64,000 nt of DNA from Antedon mediterranea. Its lineage: Eukaryota > Animalia > Echinodermata. This document shows, in pieces, positions 34,362-46,600 of the stretch. The position numbers and the translations under genes were made by a program. The DNA is taken from positions 32,618,437 to 32,682,436 of the forward strand of contig NC_092672.1 of NCBI RefSeq assembly GCF_964355755.1. Direction: 5' to 3'. The notes under the pieces were generated by a model, which did no database searches, was not told the DNA's origin, and saw nothing but the letters and a program-made list of their open reading frames with translations. Every line of letters starts with the position of its first letter. Positions within the stretch are counted from its first letter, which is position 1.

Positions 34362-35214
34362 TTAAACATGTATTGTCCCCCCAAACATGACAAATATAGT
34401 AAAATCACACTTTGAATATATTATTTTGTATCTTTTTCAATATAAAATTTAATGACAAAAAGAGAGATCGACGTTTCGGTACCATCATAGAACCATTTTC
34501 AAGATCAAGTGAATACAAAACAATAATAATTATGTGCACTAAGCACCAAAGTTGGTGACAGGAAATGCTAATTGAGGGCTAATTAAGTAATTAGCTCCTC
34601 CTACTGAGTTAGATAAACAATTTAGCTTTGATGGAATCCGATTGTTTATTGAGTGTAGGTTTTATCTCTTTGATCCACAACATCTCCTTAATTAGGCAAT
34701 CAAACTTATTGTTACATTTAGATAAGACTCTAAAGTATTCTGAGATATCACCAGTTATGCCATGTTGTTTTAGATGATCGCCTATAATACTTTTGTTATG
34801 TTCATTAATGCATTTATAAAGGTGTCGGCAAGTGTAACCGACATAGTTTGTATCACACAAACCACATTGAAATTTGTACACAACGCATTGTGAATTAATG
34901 ATTCTGGGTTTCATTTCTTTAGGTTTTGTATCTTTTTAATAAAGTTAATCACTTCCGTGGAAAAAAAACCCGGAAAAAATTAATGTTTTCACTTATAAAA
35001 TGACAAAAAATAAATGGTTAAATTCAACCAAAAATCCATTTCCTGGCAGCCAATTTGACTATTGTTTGGTTTAAATTACAGTCTTTCAGGTAAATACATT
35101 TTTTTTCGATCCAATTTTTGTTCAAATTGGATAACTATTAGGTGACATTAGAATATATACATATTCAAAAAACATTTTTAAGAATTATTTTTTCAGGGAG
35201 ACAATACATCTTAA
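34362..35214. mobile_element. TTAA-flanked Kolobok-like element hosting a Penelope fragment
   Basis: Termini ttaaacatgtattgtccccc and gggagacaatacatcttaa. Confidence 0.55.
34440..34925 (-). mobile_element. Penelope-like retroelement 3' fragment (GIY-YIG endonuclease)
   Basis: ORF 34609-34914 has VVYKFQCGLC..YVGYT.RHL...EH and E..WIKEIKPTLN; downstream lies a cttgaaaatgg...ccgaaacgtcg motif typical of PLE terminal repeats. Confidence 0.8.
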
Positions 35215-35984
35215 AACGTACCTTAAAATGTATTTTATCTGTATTTTACAACATTTTAACATTTTTAAACTCATTTTTATAATTTTATGTGAACGTTTAA
35301 CTTTGAACAAACGAAACTACTATACTATTTTTTACTGCGTTTGATCATGAATAAATGAAATGAAACAGTTTTATTCTATCGTAGCGTTTCAGTGGAAAAA
35401 AAAATAAATCCATTTATTTTCAATTTGAAGAATATGTTATGAATTTAAGAATAAAGAATAATTGATAAACTACCATTTATAAAAACAACAAAATCTTTAT
35501 ACAATTATGAATCTATCTATTTTCGAAACCTATCAATTCCTTACATGGGAACAACCGGAGGGTTGGGCCATCTTGAGCGGGTAAGTTCAGAGAGCGCTCT
35601 TAATGTTATAAACATATACACAGTATTGACCTGCATCAATCCAATTGTATTTATCTAATATATATCCGATTCAGATTCAGATAATATTTATTTAGATAAT
35701 AATGAATGAATATATACAAAATAGAAAAAAGATATTAAAGTGAACATAGATAAAGCAGTCATTGGTAGTCATTATTATCATGGATCCCTTCTAGAAGTTA
35801 AAAACTTGTCTCGTAGGGACCACAACAAAACACATTACTAAAAAAATAATAATAAACCTAGAATATATAATTATATAATTTAGGATAAAAAATTACAGTA
35901 TAATAACATAACTAACATATTCTTTATAAAAATCATTTAAATTATATTTCAATAGTTTCATATTAAACATATAGATATGAATAA

Positions 35985-36178
35985 GATAAATCATGAATGA
36001 TTCCACCGAACGTTCGAGTTAAAATAACTATAGTGAGACATTAAATTTTAATGAATAGGCAAACTGCCTTAAAATGTGACATGTTTCGAGAAACTATTCT
36101 CATCATCATTCATTCATTAAATGTCTCATTATAGTTATTTTAACTCGAAAGTTCGGTGGAATCATTCCTGATTTATCT
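35985..36178. repeat. inverted repeat (foldback), about 60-bp arms
   Basis: gataaatcatgaatgattccaccgaacgttcgagttaaaataactata versus tatagttattttaactcgaaagttcggtggaatcattcctgatttatc. Confidence 0.75.
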
Positions 36179-36657
36179 AACAATACAGAGGCCAACTACT
36201 AATGAATAAGATAACAGTTATATTACAACTATTATATTAAAATTCTTTAAAAATGCAGGATAGTGGATGGGTATGCAAAGGGAGGTATCAGGATGGCTTA
36301 GATTGGTGTCATCAGTTCCTCTTGCTGCCGCAACCATGCTATCGATCCAGTGTGATACACTTTGGAATACCAGTGTTGGTTCTCTGTTGGTAAAATGAAC
36401 GTCGCTCTTTGCATGCAGACTTGGTGGTGGTGGTTATAGATGGTTCTTTTAATCCTACTTGTTTTTGTTCAAAAGTGTTTGGAGTTGCATGAAGTACTGT
36501 ACAACTTGTTTGAACATCACGTGGTGGCTGCCTTGCAGAAATATCATGAGAAGGCTTGTGTGGCTGGGATTTCCCAAATCACCGAAGATGGACGTGGCCT
36601 CAGAATACGGTTCTATTTTGCTATTTTTAGAATGACTTGTGGATAGTTTACAGCAGT

Positions 36658-37551
36658 CTAAATCTTTCGCCATAACATACATTTTACTCGCAGGTTACAC
36701 TGGGTATTAAAGTTAAACAAGTTAGATAATGCATACGCATGCCATGGTTGTTCATTTTGCGGTAACTTATATGGATTTTTCTCACCTCTATTGATGTTAG
36801 AAACCTCAATAAAATTTGCTTTTCGAGCAACAGAACTAAAAAACTCTGTGTTGCCACCATTTGAATTTTCCAAATAGAATATATATGCACCAGGTTTAGC
36901 GTGTTTTAGTAGCTGTACGAGTGTTTGTTCCGAGTTTTTTAGTGCTTTTATAGCCGAAATAAATTTGTTACATGTTATTATATCTGCATTCGCGATCGCT
37001 TCCAGATGGCCATATAGGATTGAATTCCCTGCTTCAAAATGAACATATTTAGCTGATAAATTTCTTGTTTGTTTATTCATATTTAAGCGTAAACATTCAA
37101 AAGCAATTTTCCAAAGAGGATGTCGATCAAGAACTGTTGCAGTAATCCGAATATCTTCATAACCTCTACTGTTGAGAAACATCCTGACACCAAACAAGTC
37201 TGTACCAGGTCCTCCACCCAAAGCGCAGACATTAAGACAGCCACGAAGTGAAACTCTTGCGAATAGAGTGTTTAAATGCATTTCGTTGTAAAATTGCTGT
37301 ATACTGTTAAAGATACCATAGCATAAGGCGGGAAAATAGAGAAACACATAACAGGCTTGGTACGCAGGATCGTCAAAATTAACATCACCAAGACCATATT
37401 GTAAAAATAATCCTTTATACGAGAAAAAAAGTTCCATAATACAATAAGGCAGTTTATCTTTCTTGTCCGTAAGCAACAATAAAATGTCCACACTATTCTT
37501 CATGAGAAGCAGAACGGGTTTACCCAGAGGCCAAATCTGATAATTATTCAT
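36658..37551 (-). CDS. SAM-dependent methyltransferase-like paralogue 2, stand-alone domain (297 aa)
   Basis: Intronless ORF with the same motifs; ends directly after CMLWRKI. Confidence 0.85.
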   Translation of the reverse strand: MNNYQIWPLGKPVLLLMKNSVDILLLLTDKKDKLPYCIMELFFSYKGLFLQYGLGDVNFDDPAYQACYVFLYFPALCYGIFNSIQQFYNEMHLNTLFARVSLRGCLNVCALGGGPGTDLFGVRMFLNSRGYEDIRITATVLDRHPLWKIAFECLRLNMNKQTRNLSAKYVHFEAGNSILYGHLEAIANADIITCNKFISAIKALKNSEQTLVQLLKHAKPGAYIFYLENSNGGNTEFFSSVARKANFIEVSNINRGEKNPYKLPQNEQPWHAYALSNLFNFNTQCNLRVKCMLWRKI

Positions 37552-37644
37552 TCTTACAATTGTGTTTTCTTGTGTGTTGTCTAATAACTTAATTGTTATG
37601 ATGGAGAAAATAACTGAATAGAAGTATATATAATTTGTAATGTT

Positions 37645-37716
37645 GGAAATTCCATTTCTAATTTATTAGTTAATTATTAAATATAGTATAATTATTTTTA
37701 AACTTGCGGAATTTCC
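37645..37716 (-). promoter_or_regulatory. paired NF-kB/Rel-like sites upstream of paralogue 2
   Basis: ggaaattcc at 37645-37653 and ggaatttcc at 37708-37716. Confidence 0.45.
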
Positions 37717-37892
37717 AATACTTAGTCCTCTTATCTGTGTTGTGTGTATCTAATTTGTCATGGCAACAAGTCATCTGATGCATGCAAATTAACAATTTTA
37801 GCATTCACAAAATCAGAATAAACATCGCCCGATTCTGAAATGAACACGACATTTAACCGTAGCATTGTGTAGATTAGTTTTCTTTTTATGCT

Positions 37893-39344
37893 TCTATATA
37901 TAAATTTACGTAAGGGCAAAATTCGGTAAATCGCGCGTTATTTCTAGAATGTTTACTCGATGGTATATAAAGTTGGTTAGAATCTCGGTACTGATTTAAA
38001 CCACCTGATGTAACCCTGTTTACTAATTAAATTGAGTTCGATAATTAGTTATTGACAATTAAAACAAATTTAGGTTCAACGATTTGCCCCAAATAGGGGT
38101 GTTTTTCGATCGTGGTATACACTGTCTAATGGATGTCCATCTTGAAAAATACCCACAGACAATAATACGAGGATGCTTCGCATTTTCCTATCTCCTCCTA
38201 CGATAATGGTTTTTAATGGCTGAAAACCAGTTGAACAGCTCGAATACAGCATCATAATGTTGAAGACAGGCCGATTTTCTTTAAAAAATACTATTTTGAT
38301 AAATTTAATATACGTTTATACAAATGTATTGACTTGCGATGAATGGAACATTCCAATCTCTGTTCCACAATTCAAGTGTCTATTCCCTCAGGCGTCGTAA
38401 AGGCAAGTACTGTATACTCATAACAGAAATTTGATCCATTTTTTTTTCAATCTGTACTGCAGAGGTTGGATATAGATTTTTTTTTAACGGATAATGAACT
38501 AGCGTTTTCAGTCGCCGTATATATTATGTACAAATATTTATTATTGCAGTTAAACCACCCACATCATCACCCTTCCCTCACTGGCACGAGTAGCGTTGTA
38601 AAGCCAGTAGAGGATAGGCCTACGGTGCATCACATGCCCTAAACGCAGAACAACTTTGGTGGGTAGGGTAGGAACCAACTTAAAGTATGATTGGCTCTAA
38701 GAAACAATTGAAAACCATTAGGCCTACTAATTAAGTTGAGTTAGATAATTTAATATTTATTGACGATTAAATCGAATTTATGATTTGCCCCGAATAGAGG
38801 TGGTTTTCACAAATTGTTTTACATTATATAAACATATACACGTCGTATTGATGTATCGTTACATATACTGTACAGTTTCAATTGACTAGGACGGTGATCA
38901 TTTCAACAAAGTATTACATCGCAATGTTTTACTGTGTTTAGTGGTATATTATTTGTAAAACATGAAAACAATTAATATTTCGTTACTAAATGGATAAAGA
39001 ATATATTTAAAAATTGTTCCTCTTTGCACCCATCCTCTTCCCCATCCCTCAACCCTAATGTTACATACAAAACACAAATTATTAAGTTTGTTTAAATTTG
39101 ACTTAAACAATTGGTCTCATTTTTTGACAAGTTTCTCTTTCGGAAGTAATTCCCAGGGTGCTATTTTTAGTTGAGTACATAAATCACATTGTCTATTTAT
39201 TCGTTGCTGTAAACGACATGTATTTGTCCTGCGGTACGTACATTTGAAATCGCCAGTTTTTTAACGCTGAAATTATTATGTATTCGAGAACCATCTGTGG
39301 GCACGACCTAGATGGTACGCGAGCGAAGCGAGCGTACCATCTAG
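37893..39344 (+). mobile_element. non-autonomous Helitron followed by a head-to-tail truncated second copy (from 39345)
   Basis: 5' TCTATATATA; 3' hairpin gatggtacgc-gagcgaagcga-gcgtaccatc ending in CTAG; tctatataaatgtacgtaagggcaaaattcg restarts immediately afterwards. Confidence 0.78.
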
Positions 39345-39911
39345 TCTATATAAATGTACGTAAGGGCAAAATTCGATTTGAAAAAATACAAAAATGTAAT
39401 CATGCATTATGGCTAGAAATGTTCTTAGTATCGTTATAGTAGTGTGATTGTTTGTATATTTTTGCATGGGTGTAGTTTCAAAGGCTTTTGTACTGGTATA
39501 ACAATACTTTCTTTTATTTCCGTTGGACAATTTGCTATGTCATTGAAAATGTCTGCGATATGCGCGTGGGTAGTGTGGGTTCCAGACGGAGATTTGACTT
39601 AATATTATTTCAGTCTGTTTGGCGCGTGTTTAATTGTCATTATGATCAATATTAGTCATGTTACAATTTATTTTATTTCAACAATATTGAAGGTATAATA
39701 AGGCCCCTTTACCAACACAATTAATATTAATTATCTTGTACCATATAGGCCTAATCAAATATGTCTACGGTTGCTTATCTGAATTGGCAGCTTATTCAAA
39801 TATGTTGATAGGCCTACTATGATAAATTAATATATTTCGAGCATGGTATGTTTGTTCCTAAATATAATAAGTCTCAGTCTATTGATTCACGAAAGTAGAA
39901 TAAATGGTTTT

Positions 39912-39921
39912 GGAATTTCCC
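39912..39921 (-). promoter_or_regulatory. consensus NF-kB site upstream of the PARP gene's putative non-coding first exon
   Basis: ggaatttccc equals GGGAAATTCC on the minus strand; donor aag|gtaggt at 40006/40007 and acceptor at 40641, 2 nt before the ATG. Confidence 0.5.
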
Positions 39922-40643
39922 GGTTATTACTATATCCGAAGGCGGAAGGGTCAATAAGACTGACACCCATTACCATGTCAACTTTTTGGAGAGTTTTTTG
40001 AGAAAGGTAGGTTGGTATTATAATTTTTATTTTATTTTATTCAATCGAAACCAACAGCGATAATTACCGCCACTAACAGGTTTGATACAAACAAAGCCAG
40101 GACTGTTTAAACCACCTTGTTTGTATTTATGATATATATTTTTACAGTATGCTTACAGAAACAAAGGCCTAATAGTAGTACAACATTATGGGATTCTCAT
40201 TATATAGAAGTATGCTTTACGGAAGCCATCGGAGGTGACAAACGTCCTGGCCAGCAAAGCGTAAACAAACAACTATAACATAGTGTTTTCAGGGGATTCA
40301 GGACACCACAATTACCTTGGTTTATTTTGATTTACAAGACTACCTCTTGCTTAATCATCTTGGCATATTCTTCAGATACATACGGGTTGAACTCTAGTTA
40401 GTGGCCAGACCAGTTTATTCTATTCAGCTCAGATCACTTGCCATTTACGATTTTATTTTGGAAGCGCCGCTTCAATCGTAAACATCGTCAATGTTAATAT
40501 AACAATCCTGAAAAGGGTCTAAGGTACAACCATGGAGAAATAAGTTAGTTAAATAACTTATTTCTTCATGGTACAACTGATTGCGGACGGGTTTATGTAA
40601 TATTATTAATATATACTATATATTCTAATTCCTTATTAAAGCA

Positions 40644-43600
40644 ATGGATGACAAAAAAAGAACTCGACGTCGTGGTGGTCGTGGTAAAAAAAATAAACAC
40701 AAATGTTTAACAAGCAAATCGCATGTGACAGAGAAAGCTTTGAAAATTGTCTGTCAAAATGGTGGTAGAATTTCCTTACAAGATCTTGAGGAGAAAATTG
40801 GAAAGGTTTCACCCGATCTAGGAAGTTTGGAAAACATCATATCAGACCTCGATCATGAGAATTACCATTTTAAGTTCATAGACTATGAAGATGGTAATGT
40901 TGATATCGAAGTGTACACTCAAGTCAAGATCTGTCAAACATATCAAAAGAATGAATGCACCGATGACTGCACTGATTTACACCTGTGTGGTTACTTTGCA
41001 ACAGGTACACATTCTTTAAATTGTATTAAAAAAAACAATGTGGAAAACAAATTATATGATTTGTTTTAATCTGAAAAACAAAACAAACAAAGTACAGTAC
41101 AGTGCAAACATTATTACAGTTTGAGTAGGTTTTCTATTTTAAAAGACACTAGCCTAGGCCTGAAGGCTAATTCGATCATTTATGATTTTAGCAGTAGTTA
41201 GTTAAACCTAGCCTGTACAGTGCAATGATATGAAAGGTCTTCCATTCTCTGCTACAGCTGGTTCGGATGGAGCATACAGTACATACTGAATATTTGCCAT
41301 CACAATTTTTTATCTACCGACCTCTCAATTTAAAATTCGAAAACAACTTTTGTTAAGCCTAATAATATTTTAATATATTTTATTTTCTAAAATAGCTGTT
41401 GCTGAACGGCCCAACTCACAAATCATTACAAATACAAATCCGGTACATGCAGATAACACCACCCTCAATTCAAACCCAGCAAACCAGAAACATATTTATT
41501 GTGTATTGAATTATTTTATATTGTGTATTATACAATAGGCCATAAATGAGACAATCTGTCACCGTTGAAATAAGTGTCACATTTTTCTTAAACCGCGAAT
41601 GATTGAACATAATAAAATTATGATAACTTTTTCATTATTTTAAAATTCAAGGTTCTTTCTGCCCATGGTTTGAAAGTCAAGGCTGTAAAAAAATGCATCA
41701 GTATTTATCAGAACACAACAAAAAAGTGCTAAAGAACTTTAAAATTGCCTTTTTGTCTCAAGAACATGCATGTACGTTATTTCGATGGGCCTGGCCACAG
41801 TTTACAGTTCCCGATTTCTGCATTCAATACCAAACAAATACAGGTTGTAACAAGCAATGTTGCAGATTTCTACATCTTTGCAAGTAAGAATATATACTGA
41901 GTTTGTCAATAGTTGGTAGAAATTAGTCCTTCCCGCAATTTTCTAGAACGACTGAACAATTGTTGTTATATACAGTTGTTCTAAACTGGGTGACAGTTCT
42001 TGTGTTGGTGTACATCGTCACTCAATTTAATTCTTCCTTGAACATCTGATATTATGCAGCATTCACTTTTAACATTGTTAAAGGAAATTACAAAAGTACA
42101 GAAATTTATTAATTACTTTTTAAAATAATTAAATTGCTGTAAATCATATGCATTTTTGTCTTAACGTCTCTATTTTTTTTCTTCTTTATCTTCGTTTCAG
42201 AAATTATGTAATGGAAACTTGCAAATATGGAACTCAATGCAAGTTTGCTCATGATATTAATGATGAAGAATCAAACATTCAGTTACTGAACCAGTTTAAA
42301 ATTACACTTTGCCGTTCTGATGATATATTCCTCCTGATTAGAGAACGCCGTCAAGGATTTTATCGTCCTGATGTTGAAGTGTTTCAGGAAAGCAGTGATA
42401 CAGAAGGAAGTGAATACAGTCAGGAAGAAGGCAGTGACACAGAAGAAAGAGAATACAGTCAGGAAGAAGGCAGTGATGCAGAAGAAAGAGAAAACAGTCA
42501 GGAAGAAGGCAGTGATGCAGAAGAAAGAGAAAACAGTCAAGAAGAAGGCAGTGATACAGAAGATAGAGAATATAGTCAGGAAGAAGGCAGTGATAGTGAG
42601 GAAAGAGAATACATTCAGAAAAAAGGCAGTGATAATGAGGAAAGTGATAGGCAAAATGAAGACACTTATCATGGGAAAGGTTTTAGTTCTACTAACAAAT
42701 CATATCAGGGAGCAAGCCAATCCAAAAGTATGTTATGCTATCATTTTACCAAATAAAACAAATTTGAGAAAAACACCACATTAATTATGTAATTCAATAA
42801 GAAAGTACCAAATAATGCAAACAAATATACAAATGCTATACAAATTTATATTATATTACAGTATTTAATTTAGTAATTTAGTAATTTTGAATTACTCTAT
42901 TAGTAATGAAAGATTCCAATGCCAGAAAGAGATACCCACCACGTTTTCGTCACAATCATAGTCGAAGAAAAAAACAAGAATGTTTAACAAGTAAATATAT
43001 AGTGATTGAGAAAACACTGCAAGTGGTCTGTCAAAATGGTGGTAGAATTTCTGTTGAAGACCTTAAAGAGGAAGTTGGAAAGATTTCACCTGATCTAGGA
43101 AGTTTGGAAAACATCATATCACACATGGATCATGAGTATTACTATTTCAAGTTTGAGTACAAAGATGGTAATGTTGAAGTGTACACCGATCTCAATATCT
43201 GTCAGTCATACCAAAATAATGAATGCACTTACGATTGTCCAGATTTACACCTGCGTGGTTACTATGCTACAGGTACAGTTGCCAGAGCAAAAATATATAC
43301 TTCACATTTTGGTATATTACATATGTATAATATATATATATATATATAATACTATGTATAATTATTAAGAATAAGTTTTACAAGATATGAGTACTCACCA
43401 TTAATTTCATTGACATTACTGTATACCTAATTAGTAACAGTATATGCTAGTTAAAATTCTATTTAATACAGCATTTGGCAAAGATGTTATAACTTTGTTA
43501 TTAAATGTGTCTTTTTATTATAAGGTTCTTGTTGCTGGTTTGGTCAAAACTGTAAAAAAAGTCATGAATATCAATCAGAACACAAAGTTTTAAAAAACTT

Positions 43601-46600
43601 TGGCATTGCTTTTCTAAGACATGAGGAGTTGAAAACTCTACTTCGATGGAAGTGTCCACAGTTTACAGTTCCCGATTTCTGCATTCAATACCAAACAAAT
43701 ACAGGTTGTAACAAGCAATGTTGCAGATTTCTACATCTTTGCAAGTAAGAATATATACTGAGTTTGTCAATAGTTGGTAGAAATTAGTCCTTCCCGCAAT
43801 TTTCTAGAACGACTGAAAAATTGTTGTTATATACAGTTGTTCTAAACTGGGTGACAGTGCTTGTGTTGGTTCACATCGTCGTTTAATACTTCCTAGAACA
43901 TCTACTGACATTATTAATTACCTACTGCTGTTATCAAAATCCTATGCAATTTTTGTCTTAATGTCTCTATTGTTTTCTTCTTCATCTTCGTTTCAGAAAT
44001 TATGTAATGAAAACTTGCAAATATGGAACTCAATGCAAGTTTGCTCATGATATTAATGATGAAGAATCAAACACTCAGTTACTGAACCAGTTTAAAATTA
44101 CACTTTGCCGTTCTGATGATATATTCCGCCTGATTAGAGAACGCCGTCAAGGATTTTATCGTCCTGATGTTGAAGTGTTTCAGGAAAGCAGTGATACAGT
44201 AGGAAGTGATTATAGTCAGGAAGAAGGCAGTGATACAGGCGAATATAGTCAGAAAGAAGGCAGTGATACAGACGCAAGAGAATACAGTCAGGAAGAAGTC
44301 AGTGATACAGAAGAAAGAGAATACAGTCAGGAAGAAGTCAGTGATACAGAAGAAAGAGAATATTGTCAGGAAGAAGGCAGTGATAGAGAAGATAGAGAAA
44401 ACAGTCAGGAAGAAGGCAGTGATACAGACGCAAGAGAATACAGCCAGAGAGAACGCAGTGATAATGAGGAAAGTGATAGGCAAAAGGAAGACACTTATTA
44501 TGGGAAAGATTTTAGTTCTATTAACAAATCATATCATGGAGCAAGCCAATCCAAAAGTATGTTATGCTATCATTTTACCAAATAAAGCAAATTTGAGAAA
44601 AACACCACATTAATTATGTAATTCAATAAGAAAGTACCAAATAATGCAAACAAATATACACATACTATATACATTTATATTATATTACAGTATTTAATTT
44701 AGTAATTTTGAATTACTCTATTAGTAATGAAAGATTCCAGAGCCAGAAAGATATACCATTACCGACCGCGTCGTCACAATCATAATCGAAGAAAAAAACA
44801 AGAATGTTTAACAAGTAAATCTGTAGTGGTTGAGAAAACACTGCAAGTAGTCTGTCAAAATGGTGGTAGAATTTCAGGGCAAGACCTTAAAGAGAAGGTT
44901 GGAAAGATTTCACCAGATCTAGGAAGTTTGAAAAGCATCATATCAGACATCATGGATCATGAGTATTACTATTTCAAGTTTGAGTACAAAGATGGTAATG
45001 TTGAAGTGTACACCGATGTCAATATCTGTCAGTCATACCAAAATAATGAATGTACCTACGATTGTCCAGATTTACACCTGTGTGGTTACTATGCTACAGG
45101 TACAGTTGCCAGAACAAATATATATATATATTTCACATTTTGGTATTATATTACATACATAATAACCTTTTAAAATACTATATAGAACTATTAAGAATAA
45201 TTTTTAGAAGATATGAGTAGTCAACATTAATTTAATTGACACCTAATTAGTAACAGTATATGTAGTTGAAATGTTAGTTAATACAGCATTTGGCAAAGAT
45301 GTCATACTTTGTTGTTAAATGTGTCTTTTTATTATAAGGTTCTTGTTGCTGGTTTGGTCGTCAAAACTGTATGAAAAGCCATGAATATCAATCAGAACAC
45401 AAAGTTTTAACAAACTTTGGCATTGCCTTTCTGAGAAATAAGCAGTTGAAAACTCTACTTCGATGGAAGTGTCCACAATTTACAGTTCCTGATTTCTGTA
45501 GACCATACCGTGGTACCAGTGGTTGTTGCAAGATATCCTGTAGATTTTTGCATATATGCAGGTAAGTGGCTGATAAAGAAATTAAATAAGTTTTTGTACT
45601 ATCTCATTGTTCTTCACAGAATTAATTTTAATTATTTAATTGTACGTACGCGTCGTGACGTTTGCTCCTAATCACTTCCCATCATACATTGTGCAATGAC
45701 GTTCCTTATTGCCAGTATTGAACGATACTTTGTTATTTGTTATTATTGAGAGAATATGAAATGATGACATTTCTATTTTACTACATTGGTTAAATTATAT
45801 TTGCATTTCAGAAATTACGTTATGAAAACTTGTAAATTTGGAACACGATGTAAATTTGCCCATGACATTTATCAAATAGAGTCTAATGTGGAAATACTGA
45901 AGAGGTTTAAAATTAGTCTTGAATATCAATCGGATGATGTCATCCGCTTGATCAAAGAGCGCCATGCTGGTTTCTATCGCCCTGATGTTGAGGTCTTGGA
46001 GGGTGATGGAGAAGATAGCCATTGTAGTCAGGAAGATGTTATCAAAGAAAGAAAAGAAATCAGGCAACTCCAAGCATTACCTAGGCAAGTTCAGAAACTA
46101 CCTCAGCAAGTCCCGAAATTGTCTAAGCAAGTCCAGATATTACCTAAACAAGTTCAGGCAATGCCCAGTAGCAAAGAAGAAAGAGGTACTAGCAAACCAG
46201 CAAAGGATGCACTTCAAGGGAAAATGAGAGATCTTTGCAAAGATTACCTGAAAGGAAACTGCATTAATGGCAGTATGTGTCAAAAAAAGCATTGCAATCT
46301 TCCTTACCAGTGGCAGTTGTATGTTTATGGTAAAGGGTGGATTGATGTTGGTGATAAACCAAATCTTAAATTAGAAGGCGGATTTTGTAGGAATGTCAAT
46401 GATTCTGCTCGGTTTCCATTGAATTCTACTTGGTAAGTTTTGACCACTTTCTTTTGCTGAGATTATAGTTGGAATTTGATTATTTTCACTTTGGCAAAAT
46501 TCACTTAAAAAAACCATGTTTAGTGAAGTCGGTTTACAGTGCCATCATGGTTAGTCAATTACATGTTGTACATCAACAAAAACAATAGTTTTTCCCATGC

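Noticed and set aside
42283-44613. Alternative-frame and antisense ORFs over the acidic repeats
   Set aside because: By-products of 39-nt repeats; the splice phases support only the acidic frame.
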